From Eledone cirrhosa (lineage: Eukaryota): a stretch of DNA of 64,000 nucleotides. Position 1 is the first letter of the stretch; each line of letters opens with the position of its first letter. The DNA is taken from assembly GCA_964016885.1 (NCBI GenBank), contig OZ024741.1, forward strand, positions 806,001 through 870,000, read 5' to 3'. Of this stretch, positions 32,501 to 47,500 are shown piece after piece. Below the pieces are notes generated by a model. That model made no database searches. It had not been told where the DNA came from and saw only the letters and a program-made list of their open reading frames with translations. Position numbers and translations under genes: made by a program.

Positions 32501-35500
32501 TGTTCGTGTTATTGTTGTTGTTGGTGTTATTGTTGTTGTTGGTGTTATTGTTGTTGTTGGTGTTATTGTTGTTGTTGGTGTTATTGTTGGTGTTATTATT
32601 GTTGTTGGTGTTATTGTTGGTGTTGGTGTTATTGGTGTTGTTGGTGTTATTGTTGGTGTTGGTGTTATTGTTGTTGTTGATGTTATTGTTGTTGTTGGTG
32701 TTAGTGTTGTTGTTGGTGTTATTGTTGTTGTTGGTGTTATTGTTGGTGTTGGTGTTATTGGTGTTGTTGGTGTTATTTTGGTGTTGGTGTTATTGTTGTT
32801 GTTGGTGTTATTGTTGGTGTTGGTGTTATTGTTGTTGTTGGTGTTATTGTTGTTGTTGGTGTTATTGTTGTTGTTGGTGTTATTGTTGGTGTTGGTGTTA
32901 TTGTTGGTGTTATTGTTGTTGTTGGTGTTATTGTTGGTGTTGGTGTTATTGTTGGTGTTATTGTTGTTGTTGGTGTTATTGTTGTTGTTGGTGTTATTGT
33001 TGTTGTTGGTGTTATTGTTGTTGTTGGTGTTATTGTTGGTGTTATTATTGTTGTTGATGTTATTGTTGTTGTTGATGTTATTGTTGTTGTTGGTGTTATT
33101 GTTGTTGTTGGTGTTATTGTTGTTGTAGGTGTTATTGTTGTTGTTGGTGTTATTGTTGTTGTTGGTGTTATTGTTGTTGTTGGTGTTATTGTTGGTGTTG
33201 ATGTTATTGTTGTTGTTGGTGTTATTGTTGGTGTTGGTGTTATTGTTGCTGTTGGTGTTATTGTTGTTGTTGGTGTTATTGTTGTTGTTGGTGTTATTGT
33301 TGTTGTTGGTGTTATTGTTGGTGTTGGTGTTATTGTTGGTGTTGGTGTTATTGTTGTTGTAGGTGTTATTGTTGTTGTTGGTATTATTGTTGGTGTTATT
33401 GTTGTTGTTGGTGTTATTGTTGTTGTTGATGTTATTGTTGTTGTTGATGTTATTGTTGTTGTTGGTGTTATTGTTGTTGTTGGTGTTATTGTTGTTGTTG
33501 GTGTTATTGTTGTTGTTGGTGTTATTGTTGTTGTTGGTGTTATTGTTGTTGTTGGTGTTATTGTTGGTGTTGGTGTTATTGTTGGTGTTGATGTTATTGT
33601 TGTTGTTGGTGTTATTGTTGGTGTTGATGTTATTGTTGTTGTTGGTGTTATTGTTGGTGTTGGTGTTATTGTTGGTGTTAATGTTATTGTTGTTGTTGGT
33701 GTTATTGTTGGTGTTGATGTTATTGTTGTTGTTGATGTTATTGTTGGTGTTGGTGTTATTGTTGTTGTTGGTGTTATTGTTGTTGTTGGTGTTATTGTTG
33801 GTGTTGATGTTATTGTTGTTGTTGGTGTTATTGGTGGTGTTGATGTTATTGTTGTTGTTGGTGTTATTGTTGTTGTTGGTGTTATTGTTGGTGTTGGTGT
33901 TATTGTTGTTGTTGATGTTATTGTTGTTGTTGGTGTTATTGTTGTTGTTGGTGTTATTGTTGTTGTTGGTGTTATTGTTGTTGTTGGTGTTATTGTTGGT
34001 GTTATTATTGTTGTTGATGTTATTGTTGTTGTTGATGTTATTGTTGTTGTTGTTGTTATTGTTGTTGTTGGTGTTATTGTTGTTGTAGGTGTTATTGTTG
34101 GTGTTGGTGTTATTGTTGGTGTTAATGTTATTGTTGTTGTTGGTGTTATTGTTGGTGTTGATGTTATTGTTGTTGTTGATGTTATTGTTGATGTTGGTGT
34201 TATTGTTGTTGTTGGTGTTATTGTTGTTGTTGGTGTTATTGTTGGTGTTGGTGTTATTGTTGGTGTTGGTGTTATTGTTGTTGTTGATGTTATTGTTGGT
34301 GTTGGTGTTATTGTTGATGTTGGTGTTATTGTTGTTGTTGGTGTTATTGTTGTTGTTGGTGTTATTGTTGGTGTTGGTGTTATTGTTGGTGTTGGTGTTA
34401 TTGTTGTTGTTGATGTTATTGTTGGTGTTGGTGTTATTGTTGATGTTGGTGTTATTGTTGTTGTTGGTGTTATTGTTGTTGTTGGTGTTATTGTTGGTGT
34501 TGGTGTTATTGTTGGTGTTGGTGTTATTGTTGTTGTTGGTGTTATTGTTGTTGTTGGTGTTATTGTTGTTGTTGATGTTATTGTTGTTGTTGGTGTTATT
34601 GTTGTTGTTGATGTTATTGTTGGTGTTGGTGTTATTGTTGTTGTTGGTGTTATTGTTGTTGTTGGTGTTATTGTTGGTGTTGATGTTATTGTTGTTGTTG
34701 GTGTTATTGTTGGTGTTGATGTTATTGTTGTTGTTGATGTTATTGTTGTTGTTGGTGTTATTGTTGGTGTTATTGTTGGTGTTGGTGTTATTGTTGGTGT
34801 TGGTGTTATTGTTGTTGTTGGTGTTATTGTTGGTGTTGATGTTATTGTTGTTGTTGGTGTTATTGTTGGTGTTGGTGTTATTGTTGGTGTTAATGTTATT
34901 GTTGTTGTTGGTGTTATTGTTGTTGTTGGTGTTATTGTTGGTGTTGGTGTTATTGTTGGTGTTGGTGTTATTGTTGTTGTTGGTGTTATTGTTGTTGTTG
35001 GTGTTATTGTTGGTGTTGGTGTTATTGTTGTTGTTGATGTTATTGTTGTTGTTGGTGTTATTGTTGGTGTTGGTGTTATTGTTGTTGTTGATGTTATTGT
35101 TGTTGTTGGTGTTATTGTTGGTGTTGGTGTTATTGTTGTTGTTGGTGTTATTGTTGTTGTTGGTGTTATTGTTGGTGTTGATGTTATTGTTGTTGTTGGT
35201 GTTATTGTTGGTGTTGATGTTATTGTTGTTGTTGATGTTATTGTTGTTGTTGGTGTTATTGTTGGTGTTGGTGTTATTGTTGGTGTTGGTGTTATTGTTG
35301 GTGTTGGTGTTATTGTTGTTGTTGGTGTTATTGTTGTTGTTGGTGTTATTGTTGGTGTTGGTGTTATTGTTGTTGTTGATGTTATTGTTGTTGTTGGTGT
35401 TATTGTTGGTGTTATTGTTGGTGTTGGTGTTATTGTTGTTGTTGATGTTATTGTTGTTGTTGGTGTTATTGTTGGTGTTGGTGTTATTGTTTTTGTTGAT

Positions 35501-38500
35501 GTTATTGTTGTTGTTGGTGTTATTGTTGGTGTTGGTGTTATTGTTGTTGTTGGTGTTATTGTTGTTGTTGGTGTTATTGTTGGTGTTGGTGTTATTGTTG
35601 GTGTTGGTGTTATTGTTGGTGTTATTGTTGTTGTTGGTGTTATTGTTGGTGTTGGTGTTATTGTTGGTGTTATTGTTGTTGTTGGTGTTATTGTTGTTGT
35701 TGGTGTTATTGTTGTTGTTGGTGTTATTGTTGTTGTTGGTGTTATTGTTGGTGTTATTATTGTTGTTGGTGTTATTGTTGTTGTTGGTGTTATTGTTGGA
35801 GTTGGTGTTATTGTTGGTGTTGGTGTTATTGTTGGTGTTGGTGTTATTGTTGTTGTTGGTGTTATTGTTGGTGTTATTGTTGTTGTTGGTGTTATTGTTG
35901 TTGTTGGTGTTATTGTTGTTATTGGTGTTATTGTTGTTGTTGGTGTTATTGTTGGTGTTGGTGTTATTGTTGTTGTTGATGTTATTAGAGGTGTTGGTGT
36001 TGTTGTTGATGTTATTGTTGTTGTTGTTGTTATTGTTGTTGTTGGTGTTATTGTTGGTGTTGGTGTTATTGTTGGTGTTGGTGTTATTGTTGTTGTTGGT
36101 GTTATTGTTGGTGTTGGTGTTATTGTTGGTGTTGGTGTTATTGTTGTTGTTGGTGTTATTGTTGGTGTTATTGTTGTTGATGTTATTGTTGTTGTTGATG
36201 TTATTGTTGTTGTTGGTGTTATTGTTGTTGTTGGTGTTATTGTTGTTGTTGGTGTTATTGTTGGTGTTGATGTTATTGTTGTTGTTGGTGTTATTTTTGT
36301 TGTTGGTGTTATAGTTGTTGTTGGTGTTATTGTTGTTGTTAGTGTTATTGTTGTTGTTGATGTTATTGTTGTTGTTGGTGTTATTGTTGGTGTTGGTGTT
36401 ATTGTTGTTGTTGACGTTATTGTTGTTGTTGGTGTTATTGTTGGTGTTGGTGTTATTGTTGTTGTTGATGTTATTGTTGTTGTTGGTGTTATTGTTGGTG
36501 TTATTGTTGGTGTTGGTGTTATTGTTGGTGTTGGTGTTATTGTTGTTGTTGGTGTTATTGTTGGTGTTGGTGTTATTGTTGGTGTTATTGTTGGTGTTAT
36601 TGTTGGTGTTATTGTTGGTGTTATTGTTGGTGTTGGTGTTATTGTTGTTGTTGATGTTATTGTTGTTGTTGGTGTTATTGTTGGTGTTGGTGTTATTGTT
36701 ATTGTTGGTGTTATTGTTGGTGTTGGTGTTATTGTTGGTGTTATTGTTGTTGTTGGTGTTATTGTTGTTGTTGGTGTTATTGTTGGTGTTATTGTTGTTG
36801 TTGGTGTTATTGTTTTTGTTGGTGTTATTGTTGGTGTTATTGTTGTTGTTGGTGTTATTGTTGTAGTTGATATTATTGTTGTTGTTGGTGTTATTGTTGG
36901 TGTTGGTGTTATTGTTATTGTTGGTGTTATTGTTGGTGTTGGTGTTATTGTTGGTGTTATTGTTGTTGTTGGTGTTATTGTTGTTGTTGGTGTTATTGTT
37001 GGTGTTATTGTTGTTGTTGGTGTTATTGTTGTTGTTGGTGTTATTGTGGTTGTTGGTGTTATTGTTGTTGTTGTTGTTATTGTTGTTCTTGGTGTTATTG
37101 TTGTTGTTGGTGTTATTGTTGTTGTTGGTGTTATTGTTGTTGTTGTTGTTATTGTTGTTGTTGGTGTTATTGTGGTTGTTGGTGTTATTGTTGTTGTTGG
37201 TGTTATTGTTGTTGTTGGTGTTATTGTTGTTGTTGGTGTTATTGTTGTTGCTGGTGTTATTGTTGTTGTTGGTGTTATTGTGGTTGTTGGTGTTATTGTT
37301 GTTGTTGGTGTTATTGTTGGTGTTATTGTTGTTGTTGGTGTTATTGTTGTTGTTGGTGTTATTGTTGGTGTTGGTGTTATTGTTGTTGTTGGTGTTATTG
37401 TTGGTGTTGGTGTTGTTGTTGATGTTATTGTTGTTGTTGGTGTTATTGTTGGTGTTATTGTTGTTGTTGGTGTTATTGTTGTTGTTGGTGTTATTGTTGG
37501 TGTTGGTGTTATTGTTGTTGTTGGTGATATTGTTGGTGTTGGTGTTGTTGTTGATGTTATTGTTGTTGTTGATGTTATTGTTGTTGTTGATGTTATTGTT
37601 GTTGTTGATGTTATTGTTGTTGTTGGTGTTATTGTTGGTGTTGGTGTTATTGTTGTTGTTGGTGTTATTGTTGTTGTTGGTGTTATTGTTGGTGTTGGTG
37701 TTATTGTTGTTGTTGGTGTTATTGTTGTTGTTGGTGTTATTGTTGGTGTTGGTGTTATTGTTGGTGTTGGTGTTATTGTTGTTGTTGGTGTTATTGTTGG
37801 TGTTATTGTTGGTGTTGGTGTTATTGTTGGTGTTGGTGTTATTGTTGTTGTTGGTGTTATTGTTGTTGTTGATGTTATTGTTGGTGTTGGTGTTATTGTT
37901 GTTGTTGGTGTTATTGTTGTTGTTGGTGTTATTGTTGGTGTTGATGTTATTGTTGTTGTTGGTGTTATTGTTGGTGTTGATGTTATTGTTGTTGTTGATG
38001 TTATTGTTGTTGTTGGTGTTATTGTTGGTGTTATTGTTGGTGTTGGTGTTATTGTTGGTGTTGGTGTTATTGTTGTTGTTGGTGTTATTGTTGGTGTTGA
38101 TGTTATTGTTGTTGTTGGTGTTATTGTTGGTGTTGGTGTTATTGTTGGTGTTAATGTTATTGTTGTTGTTGGTGTTATTGTTGTTGTTGGTGTTATTGTT
38201 GGTGTTGGTGTTATTGTTGGTGTTGGTGTTATTGTTGTTGTTGGTGTTATTGTTGTTGTTGGTGTTATTATTGGTGTTGGTGTTATTGTTGTTGTTGATG
38301 TTATTGTTGTTGTTGGTGTTATTGTTGGTGTTGGTGTTATTGTTGTTGTTGATGTTATTGTTGTTGTTGGTGTTATTGTTGGTGTTGGTGTTATTGTTGT
38401 TGTTGGTGTTATTGTTGTTGTTGGTGTTATTGTTGGTGTTGATGTTATTGTTGTTGTTGGTGTTATTGTTGGTGTTGATGTTATTGTTGTTGTTGATGTT

Positions 38501-41500
38501 ATTGTTGTTGTTGGTGTTATTGTTGGTGTTGGTGTTATTGTTGGTGTTGGTGTTATTGTTGGTGTTGGTGTTATTGTTGTTGTTGGTGTTATTGTTGTTG
38601 TTGGTGTTATTGTTGGTGTTGGTGTTATTGTTGTTGTTGATGTTATTGTTGTTGTTGGTGTTATTGTTGGTGTTATTGTTGGTGCTGGTGTTATTGTTGT
38701 TGTTGATGTTATTGTTGTTGTTGGTGTTATTGTTGGTGTTGGTGTTATTGTTGTTGTTGATGTTATTGTTGTTGTTGGTGTTATTGTTGGTGTTGGTGTT
38801 ATTGTTGTTGTTGGTGTTATTGTTGGTGTTGGTGTTATTGTTGGTGTTGGTGTTATTGTTGGTGTTGGTGTTATTGTTGTTGTTGGTGTTATTGTTGGTG
38901 TTATTGTTGTTGTTGATGTTATTGTTGTTGTTGATGTTATTGTTGTTGTTGGTGTTATTGTTGTTGTTGGTGTTATTGTTGTTGTTGGTGTTATTGTTGG
39001 TGTTGGTGTTATTGTTGGTGTTGGTGTTATTGTTGTTGTTGATGTTATTGTTGTTGTTGGTGTTATTGTTGTTGTTGGTGTTATTGTTGTTGTTGGTGTT
39101 ATTGTTGTTGTTAGTGTTATTGTTGTTGTTGATGTTATTGTTGTTGTTGGTGTTATTGTTGGTGTTGGTGTTATTGTTGTTGTTGACGTTATTGTTGTTG
39201 TTGGTGTTATTGTTGGTGTTGGTGTTATTGTTGTTGTTGATGTTATTGTTGTTGTTGGTGTTATTGTTGGTGTTATTGTTGGTGTTGGTGGTATTGTTGG
39301 TGTTGGTGTTATTGTTGTTGTTGGTGTTATTGTTGGTGTTGGTGTTATTGTTGGTGTTATTGTTGGTGTTATTGTTGGTGTTATTGTTGGTGTTATTGTT
39401 GGTGTTGGTGTTATTGTTGTTGTTGATGTTATTGTTGTTGTTGGTGTTATTGTTGGTGTTGGTGTTATTGTTATTGTTGGTGTTATTGTTGGTGTTGGTG
39501 TTATTGTTGGTGTTATTGTTGTTGTTGGTGTTATTGTTGTTGTTGGTGTTATTGTTGGTGTTATTGTTGTTGTTGGTGTTATTGTTGTTGTTGGTGTTAT
39601 TGTTGGTGTTATTGTTGTTGTTGGTGTTATTGTTGTTGTTGATATTATTGTTGTTGTTGGTGTTATTGTTGGTGTTGGTGTTATTGTTATTGTTGGTGTT
39701 ATTGTTGGTGTTGGTGTTATTGTTGGTGTTATTGTTGTTGTTGGTGTTATTGTTGTTGTTGGTGTTATTGTTGGTGTTATTGTTGTTGTTGGTGTTATTG
39801 TTGTTGTTGGTGTTATTGTGGTTGTTGGTGTTATTGTTGTTGTTGTTGTTATTGTTGTTCTTGGTGTTATTGTTGTTGTTGGTGTTATTGTTGTTGTTGG
39901 TGTTATTGTTGTTGTTGGTGTTATTGTTGTTGTTGGTGTTATTATGGTTGTTGGTGTTATTGTTGTTGTTGGTGTTATTGTTGTTGTTGGTGTTATTGTT
40001 GTTGTTGGTGTTATTGTTGTTGCTGGTGTTATTGTTGTTGTTGGTGTTATTGTGGTTGTTGGTGTTATTGTTGTTGTTGGTGTTATTGTTGGTGTTATTG
40101 TTGTTGTTGGTGTTATTGTTGTTGTTGGTGTTATTGTTGGTGTTGGTGTTATTGTTGTTGTTGGTGTTATTGTTGGTGTTGGTGTTGTTGTTGATGTTAT
40201 TGTTGTTGTTGGTGTTATTGTTGGTGTTATTGTTGTTGTTGGTGTTATTGTTGTTGTTGGTGTTATTGTTGGTGTTGGTGTTATTGTTGTTGTTGGTGAT
40301 ATTGTTGGTGTTGGTGTTGTTGTTGATGTTATTGTTGTTGTTGATGTTATTGTTGTTGTTGATGTTATTGTTGTTGTTGATGTTATTGTTGTTGTTGGTG
40401 TTATTGTTGGTGTTGGTGTTATTGTTGTTGTTGGTGTTATTGTTGTTGTTGGTGTTATTGTTGGTGTTGGTGTTATTGTTGTTGTTGGTGTTATTGTTGT
40501 TGTTGGTGTTATTGTTGGTGTTGGTGTTATTGTTGTTGTTGGTGTTATTGTTGTTGTTGGTGTTTTTGTTGTTGTTGGTGTTATCGTTGTTGTTATTGTT
40601 GTTGTTGATGTTATTGTTGTTGTTGGTGTTATTGTTGGTGTTGGTGTTATTGTTGTTGTTGGTGTTATTGTTGGTGTTGGTGTTATTGTTGGTGTTGGTG
40701 TTATTGTTGTTGTTGGTGTTATTGTTGGTGTTATTGTTGGTGTTGGTGTTATTGTTGGTGTTGGTGTTATTGTTGTTGTTGGTGTTATTGTTGTTGTTGA
40801 TGTTATTGTTGGTGTTGGTGTTATTGTTGTTGTTGGTGTTATTGTTGTTGTTGGTGTTATTGTTGGTGTTGATGTTATTGTTGTTGTTGGTGTTATTGTT
40901 GGTGTTGATGTTATTGTTGTTGTTGATGTTATTGTTGTTGTTGGTGTTATTGTTGGTGTTATTGTTGGTGTTGGTGTTATTGTTGGTGTTGGTGTTATTG
41001 TTGTTGTTGGTGTTATTGTTGGTGTTGATGTTATTGTTGTTGTTGGTGTTATTGTTGGTGTTGGTGTTATTGTTGGTGTTAATGTTATTGTTGTTGTTGG
41101 TGTTATTGTTGTTGTTGGTGTTATTGTTGGTGTTGGTGTTATTGTTGGTGTTGGTGTTATTGTTGTTGTTGGTGTTATTGTTGTTGTTGGTGTTATTGTT
41201 GGTGTTGGTGTTATTGTTGTTGTTGATGTTATTGTTGTTGTTGGTGTTATTGTTGGTGTTGGTGTTATTGTTGTTGTTGATGTTATTGTTGTTGTTGGTG
41301 TTATTGTTGGTGTTGGTGTTATTGTTGTTGTTGGTGTTATTGTTGTTGTTGGTGTTATTGTTGGTGTTGATGTTATTGTTGTTGTTGGTGTTATTGTTGG
41401 TGTTGATGTTATTGTTGTTGTTGATGTTATTGTTGTTGTTGGTGTTATTGTTGGTGTTGGTGTTATTGTTGGTGTTGGTGTTATTGTTGGTGTTGGTGTT

Positions 41501-44500
41501 ATTGTTGTTGTTGGTGTTATTGTTGTTGTTGGTGTTATTGTTGGTGTTGGTGTTATTGTTGTTGTTGATGTTATTGTTGTTGTTGGTGTTATTGTTGGTG
41601 TTATTGTTGGTGCTGGTGTTATTGTTGTTGTTGATGTTATTGTTGTTGTTGGTGTTATTGTTGGTGTTGGTGTTATTGTTGTTGTTGATGTTATTGTTGT
41701 TGTTGGTGTTATTGTTGGTGTTGGTGTTATTGTTATTGTTGGTGTTATTGTTGGTGTTGGTGTTATTGTTGGTGTTATTGTTGTTGTTGGTGTTATTGTT
41801 GTTGTTGGTGTTATTGTTGGTGTTATTGTTGTTGTTGGTGTTATTGTTGTTGTTGGTGTTATTGTTGGTGTTATTGTTGTTGTTGGTGTTATTGTTGTTG
41901 TTGATATTATTGTTGTTGTTGGTGTTATTGTTGGTGTTGGTGTTATTGTTATTGTTGGTGTTGTTGTTGGTGTTGGTGTTATTGTTGGTGTTATTGTTGT
42001 TGTTGGTGTTATTGTTGTTGTTGGTGTTATTGTTGGTGTTATTGTTGTTGTTGGTGTTATTGTTGTTGTTGGTGTTATTGTGGTTGTTGGTGTTATTGTT
42101 GTTGTTGTTGTTATTGTTGTTCTTGGTGTTATTGTTGTTGTTGGTGTTATTGTTGTTGTTGGTGTTATTGTTGTTGTTGGTGTTATTGTTGTTGTTGGTG
42201 TTATTGTGGTTGTTGGTGTTATTGTTGTTGTTGGTGTTATTGTTGTTGTTGGTGTTATTGTTGTTGTTGGTGTTATTGTTGTTGCTGGTGTTATTGTTGT
42301 TGTTGGTGTTATTGTGGTTGTTGGTGTTATTGTTGTTGTTGGTGTTATTGTTGGTGTTATTGTTGTTGTTGGTGTTATTGTTGTTGTTGGTGTTATTGTT
42401 GGTGTTGGTGTTATTGTTGTTGTTGGTGTTATTGTTGGTGTTGGTGTTGTTGTTGATGTTATTGTTGTTGTTGGTGTTATTGTTGGTGTTATTGTTGTTG
42501 TTGGTGTTATTGTTGTTGTTGATGTTATTGTTGTTGTTGGTGTTATTGTTGGTGTTATTGTTGGTGCTGGTGTTATTGTTGTTGTTGATGTTATTGTTGT
42601 TGTTGGTGTTATTGTTGGTGTTGGTGTTATTGTTGTTGTTGATGTTATTGTTGTTGTTGGTGTTATTGTTGGTGTTGGTGTTATTGTTATTGTTGGTGTT
42701 ATTGTTGGTGTTGGTGTTATTGTTGGTGTTATTGTTGTTGTTGGTGTTATTGTTGTTGTTGGTGTTATTGTTGGTGTTATTGTTGTTGTTGGTGTTATTG
42801 TTGTTGTTGGTGTTATTGTTGGTGTTATTGTTGTTGTTGGTGTTATTGTTGTTGTTGATATTATTGTTGTTGTTGGTGTTATTGTTGGTGTTGGTGTTAT
42901 TGTTATTGTTGGTGTTATTGTTGGTGTTGGTGTTATTGTTGGTGTTATTGTTGTTGTTGGTGTTATTGTTGTTGTTGGTGTTATTGTTGGTGTTATTGTT
43001 GTTGTTGGTGTTATTGTTGTTGTTGGTGTTATTGTGGTTGTTGGTGTTATTGTTGTTGTTGTTGTTATTGTTGTTCTTGGTGTTATTGTTGTTGTTGGTG
43101 TTATTGTTGTTGTTGGTGTTATTGTTGTTGTTGGTGTTATTGTTGTTGTTGGTGTTATTGTGGTTGTTGGTGTTATTGTTGTTGTTGGTGTTATTGTTGT
43201 TGTTGGTGTTATTGTTGTTGCTGGTGTTATTGTTGTTGTTGGTGTTATTGTGGTTGTTGGTGTTATTGTTGTTGTTGGTGTTATTGTTGGTGTTATTGTT
43301 GTTGTTGGTGTTATTGTTGTTGTTGGTGTTATTGTTGGTGTTGGTGTTATTGTTGTTGTTGGTGTTATTGTTGGTGTTGGTGTTGTTGTTGATGTTATTG
43401 TTGTTGTTGGTGTTATTGTTGGTGTTATTGTTGTTGTTGGTGTTATTGTTGGTGTTGGTGTTATTGTTGTTGTTGGTGATATTGTTGGTGTTGGTGTTGT
43501 TGTTGATGTTATTGTTGTTGTTGATGTTATTGTTGTTGTTGATGTTATTGTTGTTGTTGATGTTATTGTTGTTGTTGGTGTTATTGTTGGTGTTGGTGTT
43601 ATTGTTGTTGTTGGTGTTATTGTTGTTGTTGGTGTTATTGTTGGTGTTGGTGTTATTGTTGTTGTTGGTGTTATTGTTGTTGTTGGTGTTATTGTTGGTG
43701 TTGGTGTTATTGTTGTTGTTGGTGTTATTGTTGTTGTTGGTGTTATTGTTGTTGTTGGTGTTATCGTTGTTGTTATTGTTGTTGTTGATGTTATTGTTGT
43801 TGTTGGTGTTATTGTTGGTGTTGGTGTTATTGTTGTTGTTGGTGTTATTGTTGGTGTTGGTGTTATTGTTGGTGTTGGTGTTATTGTTGTTGTTGGTGTT
43901 ATTGTTGGTGTTATTGTTGGTGTTGGTGTTATTGTTGGTGTTGGTGTTATTGTTGTTGTTGGTGTTATTGTTGTTGTTGATGTTATTGTTGGTGTTGGTG
44001 TTATTGTTGTTGTTGGTGTTATTGTTGTTGTTGGTGTTATTGTTGGTGTTGATGTTATTGTTGTTGTTGGTGTTATTGTTGGTGTTGATGTTATTGTTGT
44101 TGTTGATGTTATTGTTGTTGTTGGTGTTATTGTTGGTGTTATTGTTGGTGTTGGTGTTATTGTTGGTGTTGGTGTTATTGTTGTTGTTGGTGTTATTGTT
44201 GGTGTTGATGTTATTGTTGTTGTTGGTGTTATTGTTGGTGTTGGTGTTATTGTTGGTGTTAATGTTATTGTTGTTGTTGGTGTTATTGTTGTTGTTGGTG
44301 TTATTGTTGGTGTTGGTGTTATTGTTGGTGTTGGTGTTATTGTTGTTGTTGGTGTTATTGTTGTTGTTGGTGTTATTGTTGGTGTTGGTGTTATTGTTGT
44401 TGTTGATGTTATTGTTGTTGTTGGTGTTATTGTTGGTGTTGGTGTTATTGTTGTTGTTGATGTTATTGTTGTTGGTGGTGTTATTGTTGGTGTTGGTGTT

Positions 44501-47500
44501 ATTGTTGTTGTTGGTGTTATTGTTGTTGTTGGTGTTATTGTTGGTGTTGATGTTATTGTTGTTGTTGGTGTTATTGTTGGTGTTGATGTTATTGTTGTTG
44601 TTGATGTTATTGTTGTTGTTGGTGTTATTGTTGGTGTTGGTGTTATTGTTGGTGTTGGTGTTATTGTTGGTGTTGGTGTTATTGTTGTTGTTGGTGTTAT
44701 TGTTGTTGTTGGTGTTATTGTTGGTGTTGGTGTTATTGTTGTTGTTGATGTTATTGTTGTTGTTGGTGTTATTGTTGGTGTTATTGTTGGTGCTGGTGTT
44801 ATTGTTGTTGTTGATGTTATTGTTGTTGTTGGTGTTATTGTTGTTGTTGGTGTTATTGTTGGTGTTGGTGTTATTGTTGGTGTTGGTGTCATTGTTGGTG
44901 TTATTGTTGTTGTTGGTGTTATTGTTGGTGTTGGTGTTATTGTTGGTGTTATTGTTGTTGTTGGTGTTATTGTTGTTGTTGGTGTTATTGTTGTTGTTGG
45001 TGTTATTGTTGGTGTTATTATTGTTGTTGGTGTTATTGTTGTTGTTGGTGTTATTGTTGGTGTTGGTGTTATTGTTGGTGTTGGTGTTATTGTTGGTGTT
45101 GATGTTATTGTTGTTGTTGGTGTTATTGTTGGTGTTATTGTTGTTGTTGGTGTTATTGTTGTTGTTGGTGTTATTGTTGTTATTGGTGTTATTGTTGTTG
45201 TTGGTGTTATTGTTGGTGTTGGTGTTATTGTTGTTGTTGATGTTATTAGAGGTGTTGGTGTTGTTGTTGATGTTATTGTTGTTGTTGTTGTTATTGTTGT
45301 TGTTGGTGTTATTGTTGGTGTTGGTGTTATTGTTGGTGTTGGTGTTATTGTTGTTGTTGGTGTTATTGTTGGTGTTGGTGTTATTGTTGGTGTTGGTGTT
45401 ATTGTTGTTGTTGGTGTTATTGTTGGTGTTATTGTTGTTGTTGATGATATTGTTGTTGTTGATGTTATTGTTGTTGTTGGTGTTATTGTTGTTGTTGGTG
45501 TTATTGTTGTTGTTGGTGTTATTGTTGGTGTTGGTGTTATTGTTGGTGTTGGTGTTATTGTTGTTGTTGATGTTATTGTTGTTGTTGGTGTTATTGTTGT
45601 TGTTGGTGTTATTGTTGTTGTTGGTGTTATTGTTGTTGTTAGTGTTATTGTTGTTGTTGATGTTATTGTTGTTGTTGATGTTATTGTTGGTGTTGGTGTT
45701 ATTGTTGTTGTTGACGTTATTGTTGTTGTTGGTGTTATTGTTGGTGTTGGTGTTATTGTTGTTGTTGATGTTATTGTTGTTGTTGGTGTTATTGTTGGTG
45801 TTATTGTTGGTGTTGGTGTTATTGTTGGTGTTGGTGTTATTGTTGTTGTTGGTGTTATTGTTGGTGTTGGTGTTATTGTTGGTGTTATTGTTGGTGTTAT
45901 TGTTGGTGTTATTGTTGGTGTTATTGTTGGTGTTGGTGTTATTGTTGTTGTTGATGTTATTGTTGTTGTTGGTGTTATTGTTGGTGTTGGTGTTATTGTT
46001 ATTGTTGGTGTTATTGTTGGTGTTGGTGTTATTGTTGGTGTTATTGTTGTTGTTGGTGTTATTGTTGTTGTTGGTGTTATTGTTGGTGTTATTGTTGTTG
46101 TTGGTGTTATTGTTGTTGTTGGTGTTATTGTTGGTGTTATTGTTGTTGTTGGTGTTATTGTTGTTGTTGATATTATTGTTGTTGTTGGTGTTATTGTTGG
46201 TGTTGGTGTTATTGTTATTGTTGGTGTTATTGTTGGTGTTGGTGTTATTGTTGGTGTTATTGTTGTTGTTGGTGTTATTGTTGTTGTTGGTGTTATTGTT
46301 GGTGTTATTGTTCTTGTTGGTGTTATTGTTGTTGTTGGTGTTATTGTGGTTGTTGGTGTTATTGTTGTTGTTGTTGCTATTGTTGTTCTTGGTGTTATTG
46401 TTGTTGTTGGTGTTATTGTTGTTGTTGGTGTTATTGTTGTTGTTGGTGTTATTGTTGTTGTTGGTGTTATTGTGGTTGTTGGTGTTATTGTTGTTGTTGG
46501 TGTTATTGTTGTTGTTGGTGTTATTGTTGTTGCTGGTGTTATTGTTGTTGTTGGTGTTATTGTGGTTGTTGGTGTTATTGTTGTTGTTGGTGTTATTGTT
46601 GGTGTTATTGTTGTTGTTGGTGTTATTGTTGTTGTTGGTGTTATTGTTGGTGTTGGTGTTATTGTTGTTGTTGGTGTTATTGTTGGTGTTGGTGTTGTTG
46701 TTGATGTTATTGTTGTTGTTGGTGTTATTGTTGGTGTTATTGTTGTTGTTGGTGTTATTGTTGTGGTTGGTGTTATTGTTGGTGTTGGTGTTATTGTTGT
46801 TGTTGGTGATATTGTTGGTGTTGGTGTTATTGTTGTTGTTGGTGTTATTGTTGTTGTTGGTGTTATTGTTGGTGTTGGTGTTATTGTTGGTGTTGATGTT
46901 ATTGTTGTTGTTGGTGTTATTGTTGGTGTTGGTGTTATTGTTGGTGTTATTGTTGTTGTTGGTGTTATTGTTGGTGTTGGTGTTATTGTTGTTGTTGGTG
47001 TTATTGTTGTTGTTGGTGTTATTGTTGGTGTTGGTTTTATTGTTGTTGTTGGTGTTATTGTTGGTGTTGGTGTTATTGTTGGTGTTGGTGTTATTGTTGT
47101 TGTTGGTGTTATTGTTGGTGTTGGTGTTATTGTTGGTGTTATTGTTGTTGTTGGTGTTATTGTTGTTGTTGGTGTTATTGTTGTTGTTGGTGTTATTGTT
47201 GTTGTTGGTGTTATTGTTGTTGTTATTGTTGTTGTTGATGTTATTGTTGTTGTCGGTGTTATTGTTGGTGTTGGTGTTATTGTTGTTGTTGGTGTTATTG
47301 TTGGTGTTGGTGTTATTGTTGTTGTTGATGTTATTGTTGTTGTTGATGTTATTGTTGTTGTTGATGTTATTGTTGTTGTTGATGTTATTGTTGTTGTTGG
47401 TGTTATTGTAGGTGTTGGTGTTATTGTTGGTGTTGTTGTTATTGTTGTTGTTGGTGTTATTGTTGTTGTTGGTGTTATTGTTGTTGTTGGTGTTATTGTT